A program made the position numbers and the translations under genes. Shown here piece by piece: positions 1 to 11,227 of a stretch of 60,000 nt of DNA (the first letter of the stretch is position 1; every line of letters starts with the position of its first letter). Source of the DNA: Botryllus schlosseri (Eukaryota); assembly GCA_051294905.1 (NCBI GenBank), contig CM119371.1, positions 3,040,001 through 3,100,000 of the forward strand. Reading direction: 5' to 3'. Below the pieces are notes generated by a model. It was not told the DNA's origin, made no database searches, and was given only the letters and a program-made list of their open reading frames with translations.

Positions 1-300
1 CGTCGGCCAGCTCGATCAGGTGGTGCAAAATCTTCTTTAGAAAAATGGGCCGAGCAAACTCTGGTCCCATCTGTAATCTTAAAAATCGACGTTAAAAATA
101 AACACTGTGAATAATAAAGGTAAACAATGTTATGTATATTTACCATAAAGTTTGCGCCAACATCTCGTCTTATTTTCCAAATCCACTTGGATCGAAGTTG
201 CGGATCCTTTGAAAAACGATGAAACGTGTCGTGCACTGGTTCGTTTAGACTTGGTAGCAGGTTCTGGCCAAACAATATTTTCGATGTGATCAGCCACATT
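1..300 (-). pseudogene. THAP zinc-finger coding remnant (two exons, continues beyond window start), probably transposon-derived
   Basis: Exon ending at 144 reads ...TFHRFSKDPQLRSKWIWKIRRDVGANFM. A 66-nt GT(aaat)...tttttaAG intron (78-143) follows, then exon 1-77 reads ITDGTRVCSAHFSKEDFAPPDRAGR. These are THAP F-H-x-F / W / C-S-x-H-F motifs. The N-terminal CxxxxC is missing at a frameshift near 229. Confidence 0.8.
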
Positions 301-573
301 GTTTCAAGATTTTGGCATTAAGCAAATCATCAGATCCAGTAGAATATGTTTACGTAGTCACTATACTCACCAAGGCTAGTTCCAGCTGCTTCAGTCATTC
401 TATCCAAAATCAGGCGTTACAGCAGCCAAATAGTATTCGTTAAGCTTGATAACACTCTTACGATACAATGTATACCAATTACTCTGCTTCATGTGCATGA
501 ATGTATGTAGGTACATATGAATGATGCAATCATAGTTATGTTCTGTAATACGACTACGTTACCGAGGGAGTTC

Positions 574-2520
574 CGATAGGGTTGGTGTTCATACCTTGCA
601 AATGGGTAACAAATCTTGCAAATGGGTAACTATTTACCTTGCATATGGGTAACAAATCTTGCAAATGGGTAACGGTTTACCTTGCATATGGGAAACAATC
701 TTGCAAATGGGCAAGGAATGATTTCACCTTGCAAATGACCAACAACGGTCGAAACACAAGGCATGGTGGGGTCATCCGCCCACCAGTGGAGCAAGACCCA
801 GATGCCCCCCCCCCCCCCCACAAATTCGGCGAAAGCCAAATCCTAATTAAAAAATCCAGATGCTCATTCAAAACTGACGGCAATTGGTGCTACCATATGA
901 CCCCTCCCCACCACCACCAATTCGAATAGATCCAAATCCAGATTTCCATCAAATCCAAATCTGAAAATCCACATTTTTATCCAAAACTGACGTCAGATGT
1001 AGTTGGTGCTAGCATATATGCCCCCCACCAATTCAGCGAAATCCAACTCCAGATTCTCATCACGATTTACATTGAAATCCATCAGTTATGCAAAGGTAAG
1101 GACTTACCTTGTAATAGACGATAAATCCATCAGTTATGCAAAGGCAAGGACTTACCTTGCAAATGGGTAAGGATTTTCCTTGCAAATGGGAAACAAATCT
1201 TGCAAATAGGAAAGGCTTTACCTTGCAAATGGGATACAAATCTTGCAAATGGGTAACGATTTACCTTGCATATGGGAGACAAATCTTGCAAATGGGTAAC
1301 GATTTACCTTGCATATGGGAAATAAATCTTGCAAATGGGTAACGATTTACCTTGCATATGGGAAACAAATCTTGCAAATGGGTAACGATTTACCTTGCAT
1401 ATAGGAAACAAATCTTGCAGGGTAAAGCCTTTCCCATTTGCAAGATTTGTTTCCCATTTGCAAGGTAAAGCCTTTCCCATTTGCAAGATTTGTTTCCCAT
1501 ATGCAAGGTAAATCGTTACCCATTTGCAAGATTTGTTTCCTATATGCAAGGTAAATCGTTACCCATTTGCAAGATTTGTTTCCCATATGCAAGGTAAATC
1601 GTTACCCATTTGCAAGATTTATTTCCCATATGCAAGGTAAATCGTTACCCATTTGCAAGATTTGTCTCCCATATGCAAGGTAAATCGTTACCCATTTGCA
1701 AGATTTGTATCCCATTTGCAAGGTAAAGCCTTTCCTATTTGCAAGATTTGTTTCCCATTTGCAAGGTAAATCCTTTCCTATTTGCAAGATTTCTTTCCCA
1801 TTTGCAAGGTAAATCGTTACCCATTTGCAAGATTTCTTTTCCATTTACAAGGTAAATTCTTTCCTATTCGCAAGATTCTTGCCCATATGCAAGGGCACAC
1901 CTTGTCCATTTGCAAGGTAAATCGTTGGATTTCTGATGGATTTCAAGGTAAATCGTGATGAGAATCTGGAGTTGGATTTCGCTGAATTGGTGGGGGGCAT
2001 ATGCTAGCACCAACTACATCTGTCGCTTCGACATCTTCCTGTCTTTTCATTGTATCGCATTTTTTGTGGTGTATTGAACTGATAAAATTGCTAATAAACC
2101 AGTGATGATGATGATAATGATGTGGATTTTCGGATTTGGATTTGATCGAAATCTGTATTTGGATCAATCCGAATTGGTGGTGGGGAGGGGTCATATGGCT
2201 GCACCAATTAACGTCCGTCTGTTTTCGATGAACATCTGGATTTTCGAATTTGGATTTGGATTTCGCTGAATTTGTGGGGGGTGAACCCATCTGGGTCTTG
2301 CTGCAGTGTTGGGCGGATCACCCCACCATGTCGTGTGTTTCGACCGTGTTGTTGGTCATTTGCAAGGTGAAATCATTCCTTGCCCATTTGCAAGATTGTT
2401 TCCCATATGCAAGGTAAACCATTACCCATTTGCAAGATTTGTTACCCATATGCAAGGTAAATCGTTACCCATTTGCAAGATTTGTTACCCATTTGCAAGG
2501 TGCGAGCACCAACCCTACTC
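574..2520. mobile_element. Non-autonomous foldback (palindromic) DNA transposon with internal ~39-bp minisatellite
   Basis: Termini tagggttggtg...caccaacccta; 8-bp direct repeat gggagttc at 566-573 and 2521-2528. Arms are inverted about ~1419. Tandem unit aaatcttgcaaatgggtaacgatttaccttgcatatgggaaac. Confidence 0.9.
2022..2122 (+). mobile_element. 3' tail of a LINE (or dependent SINE) inserted in the foldback right arm
   Basis: Near-identical to 5211-5305; ends aataaa + (tga)n; absent from the left arm. Confidence 0.75.
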
Positions 2521-3172
2521 GGGAGTTCTGCGGTGTTTTGGCGGAATCACTCTAAATCCTTTGTTGATTATTGACATCTAACACATCTAAACCCCTGCGC
2601 ACTTACACGACTAATTTCTGAAACGATTACAACTAGAAATCAACAATATACTACACGATATTTAGCATTGAGTCAGGTGCACGAAAAAGTAGCTTGCTAC
2701 CCAATTTGTTGTTGCTATGCGTATCTAGTCACGTGATCGAAGTCCTGCAAAAGGCCTATTGCAAACGCTACCATGCAGTGGAACATTCACTATTTCGCTA
2801 ATTTCCAATTCATGATGACAAAACCGGACCCTTGGACGATTCTAGACTGAAATTTGTGAGTTGGACTTGGGCGCGACCTTTCTTAGAATTACTCAGACTC
2901 GGGCTAGCTAGGTGGCAAAATGAAAATGACTCGAATGGACTTGAAGTGACTCGGAATGCCGTAAATTTGTTAGAACCATGGACGCAACAAACTAATCGCG
3001 TATCAGGGGAATAGTAATAGATCAGATGGTCTCAGCTTGGTATTTCGCTAGCTATAAGCATAAGTATAGTTATCGCAACCATATTCGCAATCTGTTAGTT
3101 ACATCCTTGGTCGCTAAACCATGTTATTAAGGCCACTTGAAGGTACCGAGTACCGTAGTGGTACGCTCCAAC

Positions 3173-3801
3173 TATAGTGTCCTAAATGGTGTCGACGGCA
3201 CAAGCAAATCTAACGGCTCAGTGAAATTGTATCACGTCACAATTTCCATTTGGCTACAGGCAATTTGACGGTCATTTATGACCGGTTTGCCGAGCATTAA
3301 TTTGGTAAAACGGGTACCAATCGAAAGCTGACTCTGCACTGATTACGAAAATATAGATTTTATTCCGCTCGCGGCCCCGGAACCCCCGCAATCAGCCTCG
3401 AATTTTTCATTGTTATGGAGATTGGCATTGGGACGTCCCAATGCTGTCTGGGTCTTTTTTTCTTCAGCTACTCTCTCGTTTTGCCAGACAGCATTGTTGC
3501 GTCACGAGCTACTCTCTCGTTTCGCCAGACAGCATTGTTGCGTCCCAATGCCAATCTCCATAACAATGAAAAATTCGAGGCTGATTGTGGGAGTTCCAGG
3601 GCCACGAGCGGAATAAAATTTATATTTTCGTAATCAGTGCAGAGTCAGCTTTCGATTGATACCCGTTTTAACAAATTTAATGCTCGGCAAGCCGGTCCTA
3701 AATGACCGTCAAATTACCTGTAGCCAAATGGAAATTGTGACGTGAATCAATTTCACTGAGCCGTGAGATTTGTCTGTGTCGACACAATATAGGACACTAT
3801 G
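3173..3801. mobile_element. Long-TIR MITE, P-element-like
   Basis: ~260-bp inverted arms, (c/t)atagtgtcc...ggacactatg termini, 7-bp TSD ctccaac (3166-3172 / 3802-3808). Confidence 0.85.
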
Positions 3802-4187
3802 CTCCAACGATTAAAACAGCAGTGGGCCGTTCGGCGTTCCGACATTTCCATCACTTGGACACATTCATTAATACATTTATTTTATATTTATATATTTTCT
3901 TCTCATATATTTGATGATATTTGGCCTTGAGATTAATAGCCTACTTATCAGAAGTATACGCGAATCCGGGATTGGAATTACAATTCTCAACTTAAAAATG
4001 TTTTGATATCAGATCAGTCTCTATTATCAGTCTGTTTGATTCAAAATATTCATAGTAGCTTTTATGATGGCATCATGCATTTGTCCGCCCATATGGTGTC
4101 TATATCTTATAGTTAAAATATATCAAGTACAACAACAAATCTATTCAAATAGGTATACAATTAAATAGTATATTCATATTGAAATGA

Positions 4188-4221
4188 ACCCGAATATTTT
4201 CGGCTGACACTCGTCAGGGGT
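4188..4221 (-). ncRNA. Minimal type I hammerhead ribozyme motif (Penelope-associated)
   Basis: Minus strand reads ACCC-CUGACGA-GUGUCAGCC-GAAA-AUAU-UC-GGGU: full CUGANGA/GAAA/UH core, 4-bp stem I, G-C closed loop II, palindromic AAUAUU stem III. It lies ~100 nt 3' of the GIY-YIG ORF on the same strand. Confidence 0.75.
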
Positions 4222-4322
4222 AATCGTCAGCAACTAGTAGAGAATTGGAAAGAACATTGTATATCAACAATCGTATCACAAAATATGACGTCACCAGCAT
4301 GAAATTTCGAATGAGAGAGCGT

Positions 4323-4937
4323 TCAATGTACTATTTTTAGGTGATACACGAACTCCTTTTGTTGACAGAGTTTTGGTTGGTGTATTTTGATAAAAGTTGA
4401 TTCCAAGGCACACAAATGGAATTGTGAACGGCCTCGACCTACGATTCGAAATCGGTCGTCTCGATAATTATTCGCACAAATCGGATTATCCAACAGATGT
4501 TTGCCGATGGCAGAATTAATGGCCTTTGATCGATCAGCATCAATCTTAAGTGGATGAGTTAAGGGTGAGCTTTTCACATCGCGTGACGCACGTGTCCTGA
4601 TAAATCTGGGGACATGTTGGTTTATGCGGTCCTGCAGACGTCTTGACGTTCTTCCCACGTAGCCACAATCACAGTGGCACCTATATTCGTACACTACATT
4701 ACTTTGTTGAATTGCAGGAAGCACGTCTTTGCGTGTTGAAGGGAGCAGTTGTGTTGTTGTAAAAATCACATTGGTTTTGACTGTATCGTAACATTTACCG
4801 ACAGCAGAAATCAATTGTTTTTCAAAGCGGGTGGAAATGGGGCCAATCCACGGTAGATGGATATAAACATCTTTTATTGTTCGTGCGTTGGGCTCTGTTC
4901 GTTTTTCTGCGTTGAATTGCGTTAATTTCCTCTCCAT
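4323..4937 (-). mobile_element. Penelope-like retroelement, 5'-truncated; GIY-YIG endonuclease C-terminal ORF (204 aa)
   Basis: LPWIG...KDVLP...SNVVYEYRCHCDCGYVGRTSRRLQDRINQH...SAIGKHL...LESTFIKIHQPKLC is the typical Penelope GIY-YIG signature. No RT domain upstream. Confidence 0.92.
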
Positions 4938-5171
4938 GCCGCGGCTTTCCTTATATATGTGATTATTCTTCTCGTGCCAGGCCTAAATTGATACAAACGT
5001 AAATCACATTTTGACGATGTGTGTTTACTGTCAGTCTGCTGGATCGGCTCATTTTCAATAGGAAAATTCATCCCTGCCAAAGACATAGAATACCCCTATA
5101 AATGCTGCGGCCCGCGGCGTTGTCAAAACTGGAAAAATGGCCCGCAAGCACGTTTGAGTTTGAGACCTCTG

Positions 5172-5305
5172 GTCTAGGCCAAGGTGGGTGTCAGATTCCA
5201 TAGACAACCTAGTCGCTTCGACATCTTCCTTTCTTTCATTGTATCGCCTTTTTGTGGTGTATTGAACTGATAAAATTGCTAATAAACCAATGATGATGAT
5301 GATGA
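5172..5305 (+). mobile_element. LINE 3'UTR fragment
   Basis: Shares ctaggccaaggtggg...ttgtatcg...ttttgtggtgt with 6678-6790; aataaa + (tga)n tail. Confidence 0.7.
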
Positions 5306-5339
5306 AACTGTATTAACCAGTGTACATTCTGATTCATTA

Positions 5340-7399
5340 AGTTTTTGATCGCCGACCCCTTCAACTTTGCATGCGCGTAATCGTAAAATCGCTCGGCCTC
5401 AGGACCCTTTTAGATTTGTGTAGAGCCCCTCGAGGGACGTATTTTCGTCAGTTTGTTTTAGTGATAGCAATAGAGCATTCATCTTCAATTTCTCGATCAG
5501 CTGATCTCACTGCATGTTTGACACGGGGCAAGACAATCGATATACGTGACGCATTAGCGCCATCACACAGGAGTAAGACCGGCGATAAATTGACAGCAGT
5601 CATCCAGATCGATATTATATTTACTTTGTAACCAATTTAGTTATTTTCCAGTGCATAATGTTATTATTGCAAAAGATGCGATGCGAATCATCGACATTTA
5701 AAAGAACTATACGGGGTATTCCCTAAATCGAGTCATGTTTGTTTCTGGAGCCCTAAAAATAGAATCGCGGCAGATATGGATGGGGTGGAGTGCAAATAAC
5801 TTATTTTTTAGATCGAAAAAAGGGGGTTCTCGAATGCCGACAAATGACCTGAAATTTCAATAAAATTTGACTTCAGATGATTGCCCCCACCGTGTAAAAA
5901 GGGAAAGACGAATTTGCTTAGCAATCTTCTCGGTTAGCGTGAAGTGCAGCATCGAGCGCATTTATAATAAGAATCTGTCCTGAGTTGTGAAGTAAGCTAT
6001 ATTAGGATTACATTTGTAAATTTCGATACCTTTCGGTGATAACACTGGCTTACTGGCAGACTCCTGATAACCCACCTTTTAAATCACAACAATGTAATCA
6101 CATGTTTGTGCAATGCAGAGTCACGTTGAAACTATCAACTCTATCTTGGCTCTTGTGTCTATTGTGAAAGAAATACGACTTCACCGTTTTCTATATTCCA
6201 TTGTACTGTCAAATTTCGTCAAACTTTATTCGAAAAGTCTATAATAGCTTTCACATATTACTGGTCTTCCAGGATGTCTTAGCAAATCATTAACAGTTAT
6301 GTGCAAATCTTGCAGCAATATTAGGCCTACGTAAGATAAGTCACAGTAGATGAACTGCCTATATAACCACATATGATCAACTGCAACTACTATATGACCA
6401 GGACGGAATACAAGAAAACGCATTGCTCTATCAAGTATGCTTGAACCCAATTGTGGAACATCTCGCCGGCTATCCGACAGTCGTTGAGCATGTCCGTAAT
6501 AAAGTCGAAATACAAGCAATTTCATCTGAAGGAAAACTAGCCAGCCTCCAGGATCACCAGACCACGACCTAACATATTGATCTTGCCTTCCGCCACTAGC
6601 CAACACATTTTGTTGCTTTCTATTTATATTCTCAGCTTTACTTTTCATTTGGTGTGCATGTCTCTTCTCTACTTCACCTAGGCCAAGGTGGGGGTCTGAT
6701 TTCAAAACTATTCCAAGTCGTTAAGGCACCTTTCCATATTTTCGTTGTATCGCAGTTTTGTGGTGTTTTGAAATGATGAACATAATAAAACTTATACTCA
6801 CATTGATATCACTTCCGTTATATATTCAAAATGCAACATGATTGCAAGGCAATGAAAGGGTACATCACCTGAGGAATTGATGTCAGTAAGACAAAGCTGC
6901 TTGACAACTGCAAATAATTAGAAGTAGCCTACTTCATTACTGAATATATTACCATAACAAAAATTGTTTAATACATTTTCAGTTATTGTCATACATACAC
7001 TGATAAAAGTGCTTCGAATACATCCTCGACCCACTTCCTATTGAATAGGCATAGACAGTTGTTCTTTTCATGTTTTTTCACGAGATATGCATCAACTCAA
7101 GTAAGCTAGCAATTGCATGATACAGTTTCGCACGTTCTGTGCATGTGCAATTTTAACTAATTCATATCGCTGAAATTGATGAGAATTTGAGTAGGGCTGC
7201 ACCATTCTGGCGTTTTCCAGTTCTCTTGCCAGACAGTTCTAGCAGGCCGGTCAATATCATTTCCGAGCAGAACAGTGAAATTCCACGATTCTTCAAGGGC
7301 TATCTGGACCATCTTGGCCTTTTTGGATGTCGTCTCGGCATTGTCTTATTCTCTTTGGAACATTGCATCACATTGCATTGCATCCACATCGTTTTCGGT
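5340..7399 (-). pseudogene. Degenerate NACHT/NLR-like gene remnant 1 (exons ~6990-7399, 6869-6907, ~5340-6380)
   Basis: Canonical AG acceptors at 7400, 6908 and 6381; GT donor at 6868. Motifs occur in NACHT order across stops and frameshifts: VKQLCL / YRQFIYCDLS / DLLRHPGRPVICESY (Walker-B-like) / KIELIVST* (sensor-1-like) / LKGGLS / NSSFPFY / FASHLLQ** / QFIAGL. No intact P-loop seen. Confidence 0.45.
6400..6790 (+). mobile_element. 5'-truncated CR1/L2-type LINE (ORF2 C-terminus + 3'UTR)
   Basis: Encodes (frameshifted) HCSIKYA..QLWNISPAIRQSLSMSVIKSKYKQF, typical of the CR1/L2 RT tail; homologous to 35970-36110; absent from copy B. Confidence 0.75.
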
Positions 7400-9369
7400 C
7401 TGCAATTAAACAAGGGGTCAACACTGTATCGGGTCTATCACAGTTTGAAAGAAGTATCCGTATTTGCCATTGGAGGTGAAAAATATCGCGAATTTACATG
7501 GCATCGCAACACAGTAGTAGGATTCAGAGAATTCTTATTTACAAAAGCTATACTGAGAATATCGATATATTTCTTATAGCTCACAAAGTGATCACGTGGT
7601 CATTGTTGGTGCTCAAGTAGAAGTAACGTCATACAATCTCAAGTACAAGCATACCGTAATTTTACAGGTATGATACGCCTTAATTCTGGGAAAGAGCCTG
7701 CGCCAAGTTTAACGAAGTACTCCTCATAGAGTAATTTCCAAAAATCAAGGTCATCACAGAATGTGATGACGACAATTTGAAACCAAGTATCCGAACATTA
7801 ATTAAATGAGAAATTTCCTACTGCCCCTTTGTTATCACTCCAAAACTAACAAGTTTGAGTTGGATACATTGTGATACGCAGATAAACAGTGACCTTGGAT
7901 ATATAAAAACCATCCTCAATAAATACCACAAATTTTACATGCCAATTATTCGATCGCTTCGGTGACGTGTATACCCAAAATTATATCCTTTGCGACCCGT
8001 ACTTTGAGGATCCTTGCTCTGGAAAGAACTTGCGTTACATATGGTTACCACACGTCCTTTAAGAAGGGTTTGTCCTCCTTTTTCAGGTTTTTGTAAATGT
8101 CCTTCTTTTTTGAGATTTTGTCTTAAGACACAGTAAATCAGCACTGAAATAACGCTCTGCTGGCTAATGGCTATTTCAGAGCTGAGCCAAAATGTTGACC
8201 TTTTTGTTGTCAGCCATACGGGAAAAATTCCAAGTTTGAAAATTTTGAAAAGTGTCCTCACTCGATTCCAAAATATGGTAGCCCTAGCGTAACAGAAACT
8301 TGCAAATGGAGTCTGTGATGATGGTATGCATTACTATCTTTGTGCCTCGTGCTAATCGAACCGTTATTACGAAAGTATAATTATTTCTCAAAGAAATAAA
8401 GCAGCCAGTCATTTTTACGTCATTTCTTCCGTATGTCGTAAGCTTAGACGAGTTGATGTGCTGTAGCCTATACACCCACTTTTGTACCACACTTTTGAGT
8501 AGGTAATAAATACAGCACGCAAACAATAATTTACTACGTCTTGTGTGAGACAAAAGTATTGTAAAAGATACGATTAGTGGTGCGGCATAGGTCAAACACG
8601 TTTTTGTGTTGCAACAACAAAGGTTATGGAGCCACTGCACTCGAATTTCCTCGAATAAGGTTCATTTGAATTATTTAACGCCAGAAAAAGTAACAATTAG
8701 TCACTATTCTCATGCGCACCACGGCTCTCATCCGCACAGTAAATTTTTTCATCCGCACAAATACGTACCATCCCACAGGTTGAAAGGCACTACACAAGTT
8801 CATTGAATAGAGAAATACATAAAATTATGAATCGATTTATGAATTCGGAATGTATTTATCTGCTTCATGTCATGAAAGAGTTGATGACCGACCTACTTTG
8901 ATATTGGCAAATATCACAGTTCACAGTAATGCAATTAATTGGTTTGGTGGACAAAATTATTTAAAAATCGCCTACCCTTCAACTACTTAAAAAAAAATAT
9001 ATATATATGTGATTGTGTAACAGACGAAGACTTGCAAACAAAATTCGTTACATATTGACTGTCCCTTTCGGAGACATCTGAGAGTATAACAGAGTCTAGC
9101 CCACACCAAAATTGTAGCATTTTGAAAAGAAATCCAAGAATCGGAATCATATTAGTGCTGTTAGGGGGACTTCGGCTCGCGTAAACTTCAATAGAACCGC
9201 ATACAACGACCATAATATCAAAAAGGCACTAGCAACCGTCTAATTAGAATGAACCTCTGATATTAGCTTTAAATACATTTAAGGTTAATTTTGATTTTTG
9301 ATGACTGGTCCAGAGTAGGTCAGAACCACGACACTGCAAAGCTTGTGCTTGATATTGACCCTCATGTAC

Positions 9370-11227
9370 CAGGTCGAACGAGACCTAACCTGCCCCGATA
9401 CGAATTCCTCTTGTCCTACTTTTCATTATTTTCCTTCTTCTGTTGATTGAGAATCTTGTTCATATCAGTACTGCTTGTCGTACTCGAATCTCATTCCCGT
9501 TCAGGATCTTGCCTGAAATGGCAGCCACACATATGTTTACAGACAGTCTTGTACAAACCACCAATCTAGTTAGTTGGCGATCAACCAAAGACTTGTTATT
9601 TAGTAGTAGCGGATTTTTAAAAGCGAGTAGTTCTAATCCTAGCTCATATTGCAGATTTCATAAAGTTAGTAGTGCTGGCAGGGTTCTAATGACTCGAGTC
9701 ACGATTTTTGATGACTCGCCTTGACTTAAGTCATTTCTACAAATACGCAAATTGACTCAAATTGACTCGAGTTATTTTGCGTATTGACTCGACCTGTACT
9801 TTAGTCATTATGTATGACTCGAACCAAATCATATGACTTGAGACTAGGACGGCCGGGACCGAGATTTCATTGTAACTTCGAAAAATAGTTAAGTAATCAT
9901 GTTATTGGTATTTTGTCTATCAGTCGTTCAATCCTGATACTTGGGAAATAGGGTCAGGAACTGTTAGATCTGTGGAGAATCATGGTATTACGAATGCGGG
10001 TAATTCTATATCACTAGAACACAGTTGAAAAAGTGGGTTGAATTGGATTGAACTCAAAACTTAACAGTGAACACAGTGACTTGGACTCGGACTTGACTCG
10101 ATGTTGAATTGAAAATGCCTCAACTTGACTCGAGTCAAAACTATACAAGTGAGATTGACTGACTCGGATCCTTGTGACTTGGTCACAACCCCGAGTTCTA
10201 GTTGCACACCTATAAAATAAACAACTAGAAAACACGTGTCTTCTTATGAAGTAAATCATGATACCGGAGTTCTGTTGTGTGATGTTCTTGCGGTCATCAC
10301 TACTGACAGGGGCATAGTCTGGGATTGAGGATTGAAACCCCTGTCATTTGACACTTGAAACCAGTCCTATTAAAATGCAGTTTCTATCTCATTTGCAATG
10401 CAAAGTTTATATTATGATCAGATTTAGATGCGTTTTATTCAGTTAGTATGAGATTTCCAAACGCCGTTAGTTTTAGATGTACTTGTAGTTACGAGTTTTG
10501 CAATAGTCGCAATAGGACACATCTACTCACATTTTCGTCTCAATTCAGCTCGTCGACACAGTTTGTCATTTCTTCCGAGGCCTTGAATTGAACGCGAGCA
10601 CATCCCTTGGTCATTTTTCCAATTTAATCTGGCAATGCCCATCTCTTGTCGATTCGGCCCACATTTCACGAAATTTGTAGCCTTTTGGGGTATTTCAGAC
10701 TAAAAAGAAGTTTTCCAGTTGTATCTTCTAACTTGCAAACCCTTATTTTTCGCATCAAGTTCAAGGACTGCGTCACGAACATTGCTCACCATGTTATTGA
10801 TAAGAATAGGCCTCAGTCTACACCACACAAGAACATCGTACAATAGATTTATACTGACAATCTAGATTGTTGACGGTATCCTAACTACAGGCTTTTTTTT
10901 TATAGTAGGCCTAGTTTTAGTTCTAGTTGCAGGGTTTGATATGTGAGCAGTTCTAGTTCTAGTCACAAGTTTTGAAAAGTGAGTAGTACTGATTCTAGTT
11001 TTGTGATTTAAAAATCCAGTAGTTTGCAGAAGTCTGATGGACTGCCGACCAGTGATGGAATGAGACGCATGTTACAAAATAAGCTCTACCGTGACATTGT
11101 AAATCTGGCCATACGCCAAGAAAGCCTTGGCCAAAACGTCTTCCAAAAATTGACAGATTTCGAACCCAACACCAGCCGTCCTTTGTGAACATCGTTAGAC
11201 GTCGTGAGATCATGTTTCTTCTTGGAC
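9370..11227 (-). pseudogene. RBM28: RBM28/Nop4 partial pseudogene: three consecutive exons (11090-11227, 10531-10628, 9370-9512)
   Basis: Exons read SNDVHKGRLV/WVRNLS..EDVLAKAFLAYGQIYNVT | ..TKGCARVQFKASEEMTNCVDELN*DEN | .ILNGNEIRV...DKRNSYRGRLGLVRPG, matching RBM28 RRM3 and the RNLYLAREGLIR linker. AG/GT splice sites are present; stops and frameshifts interrupt the frame. Confidence 0.85.
9678..10192. mobile_element. GACTCGAGTC-rich hAT-type MITE (family also at ~11930-12310, 13122-13660, 17528-17850, 50170-50592, 51056-51228, 55526-55860)
   Basis: cagggtt...caacccc(t)g termini and dense gactc/gagtc subterminal repeats; same internal sequence as 29074-29597. Confidence 0.8.

Noticed and set aside
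1150..1920. CRISPR-like regular repeat array
   Set aside because: No unique spacers and no cas genes; eukaryotic tandem repeat inside a transposon.
630..2581. Cluster of repetitive ORFs (MGNKSCKW...)
   Set aside because: These are by-products of the 39-bp (13-codon) minisatellite, appearing in several frames on both strands.
7187..7579. 130-aa plus-strand ORF
   Set aside because: Antisense to a splice-flanked minus-strand exon, starts at TTG, and has no recognisable domain.
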